Shown piece after piece: positions 24,423-35,339 of a DNA stretch of 64,000 bases; the stretch's first letter is position 1; the number at the start of each line of letters is the position of its first letter. The stretch covers positions 5,782,422 to 5,846,421 of the forward strand of contig NC_092678.1 of NCBI RefSeq assembly GCF_964355755.1, in the 5' to 3' direction. This DNA is from Antedon mediterranea (Eukaryota > Animalia > Echinodermata). The translations under genes were made by a program, and so were the position numbers. The notes beneath the pieces were generated by a model. The model had not been told where the DNA came from, ran no database searches, and saw only the letters and a list, made by a program, of their open reading frames with translations.

Positions 24423-25087
24423 ATCCTGGATCGTACTACTGTACAGCTACGTACCGTTTTTATTCGATTAAACGCCTCCTATAAAACAACAATTGGAATA
24501 AAGCCGTCCGTTTGTATATTTCCTCGAATGCCTCGTCACATAATATAATACACAATATTGTGTTTTAACACATTTCTTTCTGTTTTATTTACTGAAAATT
24601 GTAAATTCAATCAAAAAATAGTCAAATTGTGTCAGTTACGGGTTTTTTTTTTTTTTTGTTTTTTTTTTGTCTTTTTGTAAAATAAGTTTTTTGACAGACG
24701 TGAGAGGCCTATACACTTAGATTGTAGGCTATTCTTGTTCATAAATTTTTCATTCCAATTTTCTCTCACAATATTAATTTTATTTATCAAATTATATTTT
24801 GTTTATTAATGAGCCTACTGTTGTATTTATTTCTAACAAAATTCCATCCGTAACCAATACAGTAGGCCTATTAGGATGTTTTATTTATGGTATCATGGAT
24901 ATTGCGTGCTTTTTTAAAAAGCATTATTTACGTTCAGGTTCCCATTTTCTTTTGGTTTATCGTTATTAATGATTACATACAAAACAAATGTTTCTATATG
25001 GAAAAAATAAAGGATTATAACAGTTGTGTACTTTTCAAATAATTTGAATCGATAAAGATGAGGAAATCTGTGAGAATGAGAAAAAGT

Positions 25088-25159
25088 CGCCCCAACCGAG
25101 ACTCGAACTCGGACCGCCTGCTTGATATGCAGATGTCCTAACCATTAGACCACTGGGGC
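25088..25159 (-). tRNA. tRNA-Asp(ATC)-like cloverleaf; probably repeat-borne or pseudo-tRNA
   Basis: Minus strand: acceptor GCCCCAG/TTGGGGC, D arm GTCTAATGGTTAGGAC, anticodon arm TCTGC-ATATCAA-GCAGG, T arm CCGAG-TTCGAGT-CTCGG; 72 nt; TTTTT 2 nt downstream. Confidence 0.6.
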
Positions 25160-25514
25160 TTTCATGGTATTGTTCAAACTCGATTGGATAGCGATTATTT
25201 AACATTCTCGGCGTGGTACGGCGGAACAGCACTAGTCTTCAGTTGTACGCACGCGCACCAGAGATCAAATTGATACGCCCTCATCTTTCAGTATTAATTT
25301 AATCTTCCAGATGTCTTTTGTTCATGAAATAATGTTGATAATAAATTGTTTTAAAACTTGGTCGAAAATTGGTACGTAATGTTTTGGAATTAAAACTATA
25401 TACTGAAAGCAACGTATATGTTACTGAACGAAAGACGGCTTCATTAACATCCTCATTCATATGATTTCTACATTACCGGTACCGGTATATTATGGCGACT
25501 TTCTCCGACTCTCT

Positions 25515-25625
25515 TTAGTCGAGTGCGTGCAACGCGACTCTATACCTCATTATCGGTCGGTTGTTCGGTCGGTAGATTCTCAAATCTGCGCACACGCGAC
25601 TGCAGAGTAAAATGGCCTTGTTTTT
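25515..25625 (+). mobile_element. Mini HINE-like element with (ggtc)n microsatellite; relatives on the minus strand at about 26,047-26,620 and 32,645-32,745
   Basis: tagtcgagtg...acgcgact 5' hairpin, cggtcggt repeats, cacgcgactgcag...tggccttgtttt end. The other sites share caaggccata and agttagtgtttaccgaccgac. Confidence 0.55.
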
Positions 25626-27354
25626 ATTTGTGAACCAATCACAATTAAATGCGAATGCAATATACTTGTTTTAATGACAATTATGTACAATTAATATTAC
25701 ATTAGGACATTTTTATTAAAGGTTCAACTTTAACATAACTTATTAATAGATAACATATAATAAATGCTACTCAATTTTTCGCGTATTTTACGCATCTCCT
25801 TTGTTGTTGTGCTGCTCTATGCGGAACCGCTGATTCTTTGATCATTCATTCGGTATTTTGTTTTGCGTTCAAGTTCAATGCGAACTAACGTCTAAGGGAA
25901 AAAGCCTCACATTGGGTGAGAAGGCAAATTCAATGCTTATTATAGCTTTATCTATATTTATTTACAGAAATTTGTTGAGGAAATTAAATATATCAATGTA
26001 AATAGATGGTATTGATACAGTTGAGTACGTATCGGCTAGTTCCTAGAAAACAAGGCCATATATGCTGCAGTCGCGTGCTGCTCAAGTTAGTGTTTACCGA
26101 CCGACCGACCAAAATTGCTGAACATATTTAAAAATGTTTAAAAACATTTAGATTTTTTAAATTTACACGTGCTAGTATAAAGTAATGTTGAGTTGAAAAC
26201 TGAATCAAACATGATGATATTATTAAAGAAAAGTGCATTTTTTTAAACGTCTAAAATTGCCTGAAACGTACTCTTATTTCATTGAAAATAAATGTTGACA
26301 ATTTTGAAAATGTTAAGTGCGTACGCATGCGTTACATGCGCTACGCACGTAATTGTATTGCCATGATGATTTATGCCCTGAAATTTATGAGTACCAAATT
26401 TTATTTAATTGTTATTCATGCTTGTGAAGATATGATTACAAACGTGATTTGATTAAATCGTGCGTAGACCGCGTAATTTTTTATTGCGCACCGTGAAAAC
26501 ATAACCACATTGATTCCTGGCCATGGAATATATACTGTGAAAAATTGACTTAGCTAGATGAAACTGATATCAAGGCCATATACAAGTTAGTGTTTACCGA
26601 CCGACCGACATAGTGAGCTGTAGAGAAATATAATCGGATGTAATGTAAACCACAGTACATGATACCATAGATATTATACACTATTAGTGTAAAATAATAA
26701 TAATAATAATAGTTCATTCTTATATAGCACATATAAGCAAGCTCTCAATGTGCTGAACATTATTACCACAGTCATATTAATATTAATATTCACTATAATC
26801 CTCTATAAAGATGATACACTATACTTCATAGCCACACATAAATACTGTCGGTAACCGCATCGTTCCATTTTTTTTTATGTACGTCGGAATTAGATATATA
26901 TATATATATACTTTATGCATGCAGACTGCCAGAGATCTAAACAAGGTACGCGGTTGTCTGGCGGTGTCCTTTGCACGAACCGTTCATGCCCCAGCTCACT
27001 GTATGATACGATATACGCGGCAATGTCACGTTACATCAAGGACCAAAAATTCGTATTTATTTTTCAGATGAAAATCGGAGACATTTACAGACACGTATCG
27101 CTAGTAGCTAGAAGGTTATGAGTTATTCACAAACGAGTTTACAAATTATTCAATTTACGAATAACCTTTGGTACTGTGGGGCACGTATTTGGAAGATTTT
27201 AAGAGATGGGGTGAGGTATTGGGCATGTCGCAGATGAGGGTTCGCAGTGCGGTTAAGGGGATTCGCTGTAAAGCGGGGAGGGATAAAACCTCCCTGGCTA
27301 CGGGGGCCTGTATTTTATCATTAACATTTTTTAATCTGCCGACTGACAAAATGA

Positions 27355-27607
27355 TTGCTAAACCCCGCACACCTCCAAAAAAATATATTATATATTATAT
27401 ATGATTGCTAATTTTTAACCAAAAAATGATGTTTTATCCCCAAAAAAGTAGTTAACAGTAGAAATTTAATTTTTTTGTTTACATTGATAAACCCAGTGGG
27501 TTGTACACTACATGATTCAATCACTTTTATGTTGGTTCGATGGGGTTTGCTATGTTTTTTTGGAGGTTTGCGGGGGTTTGCGGTGTTTGCGGTGTTTAGC
27601 AATACCC
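27355..27607. mobile_element. MITE-like element with terminal inverted repeats
   Basis: ttgctaaaccccgcacacctccaaaaaa ... ttttttggaggtttgcggggg...tttagcaa. Confidence 0.5.
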
Positions 27608-29182
27608 GAAATGATTTGTCAGTTCATATTATGATAAGTGACGAATTCTAGTTAAGATTTATATAATGACAGACATTTTTAACATTATTTTTTCAGGTAT
27701 ATCTTTGAATATGAAATGAGGATTTAAAGGGCTAGTAAGTACAATAGAACCATTAGAACCCCGGTATACCCATATTAAGGGGACAGCCTACGAACTGATC
27801 AATGCTGATTTTTTTAAGACAAAAACCACTCGCAAATTTATGGGCATTTGATTTTTAATAGAATAAAATCAATATAAACATGATTTTTGTATGTAAAATA
27901 CGGGATGTGTGGCAGAGTGAATTATTTTATATAAATTATGTGTTTATGTCCGAATAATCTGTATCAGGTGTATTATGTTGACAAAAAAAAGCAATGTTCT
28001 GAATTGCGCCCCGTACGCATGTAAAGACAAACAACATAACAGGCTGCATTTACACTTGCATTTATATTTAAAAAATGTTTTAATCTACTACAGCAACAAA
28101 CACAATAAATTATAGAGTCAATTGTCAAATGTGTACAGAACCATGTTTAATGACATGCAACGCAACCATTGAATAGAAATATATAATATAATCCAATATC
28201 ACCAAACCGAATTAAAATTGAAAGACCAGACACTACGAGAAATTCAAATGAATGTTGTAAAGTTATCCCGTAGGAAAATATTCGTTTTGGTACGTTTAAA
28301 TGTTCCAGTTATACAGTTCACACCAGCATAGTCTTTGGCAACTGTTCCGTCCGTCCTTTGGTTAATTTCAGTAGGCGCGCCTACAGCGAAAAATAAAAAT
28401 TTACAAGCACACAATAATACTGATTCCGTCTGTACTATAAGCAAGTGAACAACGAGGACATACATAAGGGTTTTTCACACTTGCTCCGGTCCTGCAGACA
28501 CCAGTTCAAGATTGCGCGTACAGCATTTTGTTTCACGACGCGCCACGCTTAACACCGTGTTTATAAACCGATATCATTACGTAACTCTTTAATTAATCAT
28601 GCATAACGATTTGTACCACAAGAAAACTTGACCGAACTTTTGTTTGCAAACTCCTGAGTTTATACTGTTTGAAGAAGTTTATGATTCCTGTATTGTTACT
28701 GGATGCCATTTTGTCTATCTGGAGGATAGAATCACATGACCGAAAAGCACCACCACTGTTGTTTGATTCGCTGGGATCACAAACCTCATTATACTATTGT
28801 TGTCAGGAAGGTGTACGGCCAAACTTTTTTTCAACATAGTTTTCAGCAGTTTGGTGAAGTTTGTATATTGTGTACACTATGCCACTTAGACACTGTTTTT
28901 GTTTGAGCTTACATACTAAAGTGCGTTAGTGTAGACAAAGCTAGTTACATCTTTAAGACTGTGTGAATGGTCTAATAAAAGAGTCTTTGGCAACTGTATT
29001 GCATTTAAAGAACGAACGAACTGAACAACATTTTGTTGGCTGTTGGAACAATAAATACTAGAACACAGCTTGTTTTTGTTTGTGAACTCAGAGTTGGCTC
29101 AAATTTGCAAATTTAAGCTTGCTAGTGTGAACTTTTTAAAACCGATTAGGGCTAGGGTTGGTCTGCCAGTGTAGACTCCTCT

Positions 29183-30703
29183 TTATACGTGGGTTGGAAC
29201 AGGAAGCTCATGAGTTACAGGCATGTTTAAAAAAACATCATCTTCATATGAATTATCAACATTATTTTCATCTTCATATGCAAGATCTTCTGGAAATTGT
29301 GTACTTCCATTATCATGTTTCTTGGTTGGAGATTCTTTAATACATTTCGTATTTTCGTTCAGATTGTCATCGTGTTCTATTTTAGTTTTCTCCATATCCT
29401 TAAAGTCATCATTTTCATTCCACGATTTGAATGATGTATCGTTCAGAGGAACTGGTTCAAGTCCCTTGCGTGATTTTCGTCTTCTAACGAATAATAAATA
29501 ACCTGCAATTCCACTTACAACGATCAAAAAAATAATAGTTAAAATGACACCAGTGATCAATCCAATATTTGACTCGTCAACGTTTTCGAGTTTTTCACTT
29601 GTTTTATTTCCTTCAGTGATAGTTGTTTCTGTGTGAGCGACTGTTAATGGCATGACGTCACTCACAATGGTGAGCACAATTGACGTAGTGCTGGATTCAC
29701 CAGCTTCATTAGCGACTGCACAGTTAATACGTGTTTGGCCATCTTCAGACGTTCCATCCAAAACCGCAGTTGATGTCAACCCTGCCAAATCCGTTCTTAT
29801 TACCATACGGTCTTTTACAGATTTAGGATCAGTTGTCCAATCAAAATATCTGATGTCTGAACGACTTTTTGAAGAACATGTCAATAAAACAGAAGTTCCG
29901 ATAGACACATGTCCAGATGGAGTGGATGACAGAGAAAGTGATGGTGGATCATGAACGGTTATCACTCCATTTGAGCAGCTACCAATAAAATCCTTAAAAT
30001 ATGGACTTGTAGAATTGCAGCTTATCTTTTTACCAACATTGGTCTCTGCCACTATGAAAGAATACGTAATTTTTATTACGCCGTTTTCAAACGCATACGT
30101 CATCAACTGACTATCTAAATAAACTCCATCTACAGTGAAATTCAAATCCACACGGGGTCTTCCCTCTCCACTGGAACATTCCACTGTGATATGCTCTCCT
30201 ATTGACGTCTTTTCTAAAGTAGAGCATTCTGGCTGATCTGGAGTGTACATAACGTCGAGAGAAACGGGTAGGTTTTCTGAAATATCAAGGGGTTCTATAC
30301 AAGAGTACAAAGACGCTGGTCGCTTGCAGAGTGAACAAGCATAATCACCAATGTCCTCCTTCTTTACATCTTCTACTATAAGTCTGTAATCTGTGACGTC
30401 AGTCGTTGCAGGCAATCCTTGTATTTTATACCTATACAATTGATCATCACCGACGAACTGTTGTAGGTTGTTCGTGTTAACCTGTTTTCGTTCTGTGATC
30501 ACTACGTCTGATCTTCGCCATGCTACTGTATACAACTGTTGAGTGAGGTTGTTGTATGCCTTACAAGATAAGACGACAGACTCTCCTTGGTCCGATGTCG
30601 TATTGTCAGATACAGATATAAGATATGCTGAATCAACAAAGTATGTACTTACAAGTAGAACGGCACACTTTAAAAGTAATTTACTAGTTTCAAATACAGC
30701 CAT
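29183..30703 (-). CDS. Intronless Ig-superfamily type I membrane protein (nectin/CADM/Kirrel-like layout), 506 aa
   Basis: Signal peptide; V-type Ig (GESVVLSC...W...DIGDYAC); two further Ig-like Cys pairs (ITVECSS..KISC; VLLTC..W..INCAVANEAG); TM IGLITGVILTIIFLIVVSGIAGYLLFV followed by RRRK; cytoplasmic tail ending PTHV. Confidence 0.9.
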   Translation of the reverse strand: MAVFETSKLLLKCAVLLVSTYFVDSAYLISVSDNTTSDQGESVVLSCKAYNNLTQQLYTVAWRRSDVVITERKQVNTNNLQQFVGDDQLYRYKIQGLPATTDVTDYRLIVEDVKKEDIGDYACSLCKRPASLYSCIEPLDISENLPVSLDVMYTPDQPECSTLEKTSIGEHITVECSSGEGRPRVDLNFTVDGVYLDSQLMTYAFENGVIKITYSFIVAETNVGKKISCNSTSPYFKDFIGSCSNGVITVHDPPSLSLSSTPSGHVSIGTSVLLTCSSKSRSDIRYFDWTTDPKSVKDRMVIRTDLAGLTSTAVLDGTSEDGQTRINCAVANEAGESSTTSIVLTIVSDVMPLTVAHTETTITEGNKTSEKLENVDESNIGLITGVILTIIFLIVVSGIAGYLLFVRRRKSRKGLEPVPLNDTSFKSWNENDDFKDMEKTKIEHDDNLNENTKCIKESPTKKHDNGSTQFPEDLAYEDENNVDNSYEDDVFLNMPVTHELPVPTHV

Positions 30704-32234
30704 GTTTGTCCGAATGAAATGATCTACAGTTCAAGTAGTTTTGTCAACAAATAACGTTTTATCAAATTGCGAATCTCTTACTTCTCATCAAAGATTTATA
30801 ATAGTAAAATACAGAAAAAATTACTTTGTTTTTTATGTTTTTGACACGAAATGTCTCGAACAATCAAGTGACTATTGTCGCCTAAAGTTTCAGCACTTAC
30901 TGCACTGCTAAATCTTTTTCCCCACTAAGAATATAGACTTAATGAAATGCTGGTTCTAGTAAGAATATTCCTTTTGCTCAATAGTAATATCTCATCCAAC
31001 TACTGTAGTAATTGTAATAGTCCACAGGTATACAGTATCGTCTGGGCACTTGATGATTTCTTTAATCCTTGAAATAACTTCGAATAAAATCCATACATAA
31101 AATACCCGGTTGCTGCTCCTGTATCATCGAAGCTGAGAAGATCTAAAAATCGGTATTTGCTGAATCCAGCAATACACGTACCAGCGAGTAGGTTTCCAGT
31201 CTGGGAATGATTCATAAAGCGTACACAAACGTGTTGTTTACCCAGGATATACAGTATTGCAACGCCGATCAAAGTCAAGGTAAATATTTAAGTGGCTTTT
31301 GTCAATCTCAGGTTATCGCTCCACCGATCGAACAACAGTACATACTCTTCAGCATTGTTGCCCAATTTTTATAGTACGTAAAATCCATTACAAACCCATG
31401 TTTGTTTTAGTAACTTATTCACGGAGCGTTGGGGTTTTGCAATGGTTGCTCTTTATTTAAATAATAATGGTCTGCATTTTTAGCTAGAGTTCTATAAACA
31501 ACAATTCGTTATTAGTATCAAGAAGCGTGAAATTATGTTACAATGCACTGAAACAACACGCTAAGAGGTATACAAGGTTACGTGGCTTGGAATACATAAT
31601 GAGGTAAAAACTATGGGAAAGAAAATTCTCCGAGAAAACATACAGTAACTAGTACAACCAATAAAAAACGTGTTGGACTAATGCATCTGCCAAATTTCTC
31701 ATTGATCTTTTTTTTAAATTATATACAAGATTGTGCATGCGGTTTGAAACATTTGATGAGGGAGTGGACATGATTTAAAAATTGGAAAGGCTACCATTAA
31801 TAGGTGTCTCAATGCAATGGAGAGGTTCAACTGTGTACTGAGTAGGCCTATCTATTACTTCAGAAAGTTTGGCAAAACATTTCATCACGTTATTACTGTA
31901 ATAACTTCCTATCGTAAATTTGTAATCAAATTATATGGCTACCATAAATGATTATATACACAAAATACATTGACAAATAAATATTATCAAATACTGTACC
32001 GCAATGTGTTGGTAGATCCGCTTTCTAACCTAAAGGGGCGTGGACTTTATTTCGATCGGTGTTATCCGATACTGTGCAGTAACAATGATGATAGCTCAAA
32101 TTGCGAAGTTCCTCATGGGGTATTTTTGGCATTGTATTTCTACACAATAGCAATTGTATTCTCAATATCAATTGCTCATAGTATATTTGCATTAAAGCAA
32201 ATGTCAACTCCGAAACGTTTTCCGACGAAATTTT

Positions 32235-32640
32235 ATACTGTAGACCAGACTAGTGTAGATAAACTGCAGACAAATCTGCAGAGGTACACTGAAAACATTT
32301 GAAGAAAATAACACTTTTGTTTGCTAACTTGACCAAACTTTGTGTTTGTCTAGAAAAGTTTTCCAAAGTGAGCTACAGTAGTGTAGACCAGTTGACAACA
32401 TTTGACAAACTTCAGAAAACAAATTTTCAGAAGTCTACACTGGACACTTGTGTTTGCTAACTTGACCAAACTTTGAGTTTGTCTAGAAAAGTTTTCCAAA
32501 GTATGGCACAGTAGTGTATACCAGTTGAGAAACTGCAGAAAACTAGTTTGCAGAAGTCTTCACTAGACACTTTTGGTTGCTAACTTGACCAAACTTTGTG
32601 TTTGTCTAAAAAAGTTTTGAGTTTGCAAAGACTGATTTCG
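32235..32640 (+). repeat. About 3 tandem units of 120-130 bp related to Harbinger-MITE ends (gtctacact/agtgtagac)
   Basis: tgctaacttgaccaaactttg at about 32,322, 32,455 and 32,577. Confidence 0.7.
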
Positions 32641-33872
32641 CAAACAACAAGGTCATATATCAATTTGATAATAAATTTGAGTTAGTGTTTACCGACCGAC
32701 ATATAGTGAGTCATAGTTGCGTTGCGCGCGACACGCGACTAAAAACGTGCTTAGTATAGTTTGCTAGTATAGGTTAGGCTTAGTAAGTCGAATGATGAAA
32801 ACACTAATTAAATAAACAACTTACTAAACATTCTTAAGAAAAACCTTGTTTATTACTAAGTCAAATGTAGTAAACAATACATTAGATTGCAGACCTTCAT
32901 TTAGAGTTTATTTTTGGTCCGCCCACATTAAATGTATTCAATGTCTCGACAATTTACTTCTTACAAAAAAGTTCTTTTTATTTGGCGTCACCTCTGACAA
33001 TCAGTTCTATAGAAATCTAAGACATTTCGTATATTCAACAACTTTAACAAAATAGTTTAGCCTATAATACGTTATACACCTAACATTAAAATAGCTTGTT
33101 AACTTGGTTTCCACTTGACCCAACACAAGGAATTGACCGATCAAATGTTTGGATGCTCTATTGCGTCGTGATTGGTCAAAATTGCTTGCGGTGCGCTTAC
33201 ATAAGTGGGAATCAAGCTTTAATATTGTTCCCACTCTCTCTTCCACTCAAAATTACAAAACACTGGATTCTGTTACAGCATTTTAAAGAAAAATATAATG
33301 CCTATTCTAAATTTTACAAACACCCTATTACATATAAACAAAAATAATATTTACAACATGGCGAAGAAAGACTAATTATTTTATATGATATATATAGAGT
33401 TCTCAGCACAATTTCAATAAACAATAAGTTAGAATATGTTATCATTTGTTGAAATAAAAAGTAGAAAAAGAGAAGGCAGAACACTATATACTGGAAAATA
33501 TTATTTATTATTATGTTAAACTGTCTTCTTTTTATTTATTATTTACATACATTTACTTGCGTAAACCCAGGAAATCTCACCCTTTCCCGATTCTCCATGA
33601 CTAATAAGCGCTTAAAGAATAATAACAATTGCTCATTTTTCTAACCTTCAAAATAAATTTAATTTATATGGCAATGATGTGATATGATTGTTTGAGGATT
33701 AGTTTAAAGTAATTCAAAGGTAACAACATTGTTTATGCCCAGATTAATTTCATGTAATGTTTTTTTGTCACCAATAGTGGAAAGGAGGAATTTCAATTTT
33801 TCATAATTCAAATACCAAAAACTATGAAGGTTGGTTTTTATAAATATGGCCATGGTCATGACCTCATGTATC

Positions 33873-33955
33873 CCCTCCCAGATGTCTCGCCCTCCTCCCA
33901 GATGTCTCACCCTCCTCCCAGATGTCTCGCCCCCCTCCCAGATGTCTCTCCCTGC
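33873..33955 (+). repeat. Short minisatellite cctcccagatgtctc
   Basis: 4 copies of about 19-22 bp. Confidence 0.8.
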
Positions 33956-35240
33956 CCAGTTTCTGCACACCTTACTTAAAAGGAGGGCATATTAACCGCT
34001 ACCCTACCTTAAATTACACTACATTTAACATAAATTTAATAATCTAATAGAAATAATTGATATTAAAAAACTTTATCTCTAAAAAAACAAGGACACTTAT
34101 TTTGCATGATTTATTAAAATTGTTCTCCCCGACCCCCACAAAACATATTAGTTATGTTACACTTTACAAACAAAATGTAGTTTAAACAGAATTTGAATAA
34201 AAAAACAAACAAATAAGGTTATTTGCATAGTGAACATCCATTGGTTGTATACAAACAAAATTTACATAAATTTAACACATGTATGTATATAAACTATTTT
34301 GATTGGATGTCCATGATTAATATTTAGAGATTATGTTCAAATTGATTTCATGTTAAATACTAAATAAAAACCAATTAAATTCAATTAAGTATAAAAATAA
34401 CCACATTTAATAATTTTTTGGAAACAATGTTATTTTTCAATAATTTTGTTTAAAAAATGTTTGGTTGAATTTTCAAGATGTCAAGGGGACTAAAATATTT
34501 TCAATAATTAATAATTGAGCAATAATTAATCAAAATAAATCTTTCTTTGAAACGAATTCAATTTTACTTTTAAAAATAGATGATAAATTATATAATGAAT
34601 TAGTTAGTGTTTTTTTTTAGAGTTTCCAAAAAATATTATAATTCTTCAATGTTTGTAAAACTACAGTATTTCATATGTTTCTACTGAAATACAATTTTAT
34701 TATATTATATGAAAAACTATTTAATTTATAATTACTTATTTACTTAGATCACAAGTTCGCTAGAAAATATTTCATCCAATATTTTGTTCTGTAGATGAAA
34801 ATGTTATCAAAATTCTTATTAGATATAATCATTGTGGTATAATTGATATTTGTTGAGACAAAAACAATTAATAACAAATAATTAATTATCGTAAAATCAA
34901 ACTGAAAATTTGAAATTATTATCATATAGATTATTTTGCAAGTTCAAGAAAACCGATTGTAAACGTTCGTTTATTACTTTTTTCCCCTTGAAAATAAAAA
35001 TTGATAATATAATCTACTTGATATTAAATCAAGTGTATATTTATAGTTGAGAAAATACATCACCTCATATAGAAAAACTTTTACATATTTGGCTAGTATG
35101 AGGTTTTTAAACTTTGTAAACATTTTTAAACTCTTTTGGCATGAGTATGGACTATACAAGTTATTAAGTCAAGCCATCCAGCATATACCTTCATCAAACC
35201 ATCAATATAATAATATACAATCTGTATTTAAAGCGAGTAG

Positions 35241-35339
35241 CTATACATTTGTCTCGTTCATTAGGTGCTCGACTTGCTCAAATTTGAACGAAAGTTTATT
35301 CTTCTGGGCGAACTCGTCCGATTTAAGCCCGCTTAAGAT
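35241..35339 (-). CDS. PLXNA: Plexin distal alternative last exon ([32 protein letters not shown])
   Basis: Acceptor tttttttcgcag, phase 0; aligns with the plexin C-terminal helix KLxxKxEQV. Confidence 0.82.
   Translation of the reverse strand: MLSGLKSDEFAQKNKLSFKFEQVEHLMNETNV

Noticed and set aside
23724-24548. ORFs over the 71-bp array
   Set aside because: Unit length is not a multiple of 3; repeat read-through.
29223-29954. Plus-strand ORFs overlapping the Ig gene
   Set aside because: Antisense shadows of the real CDS.
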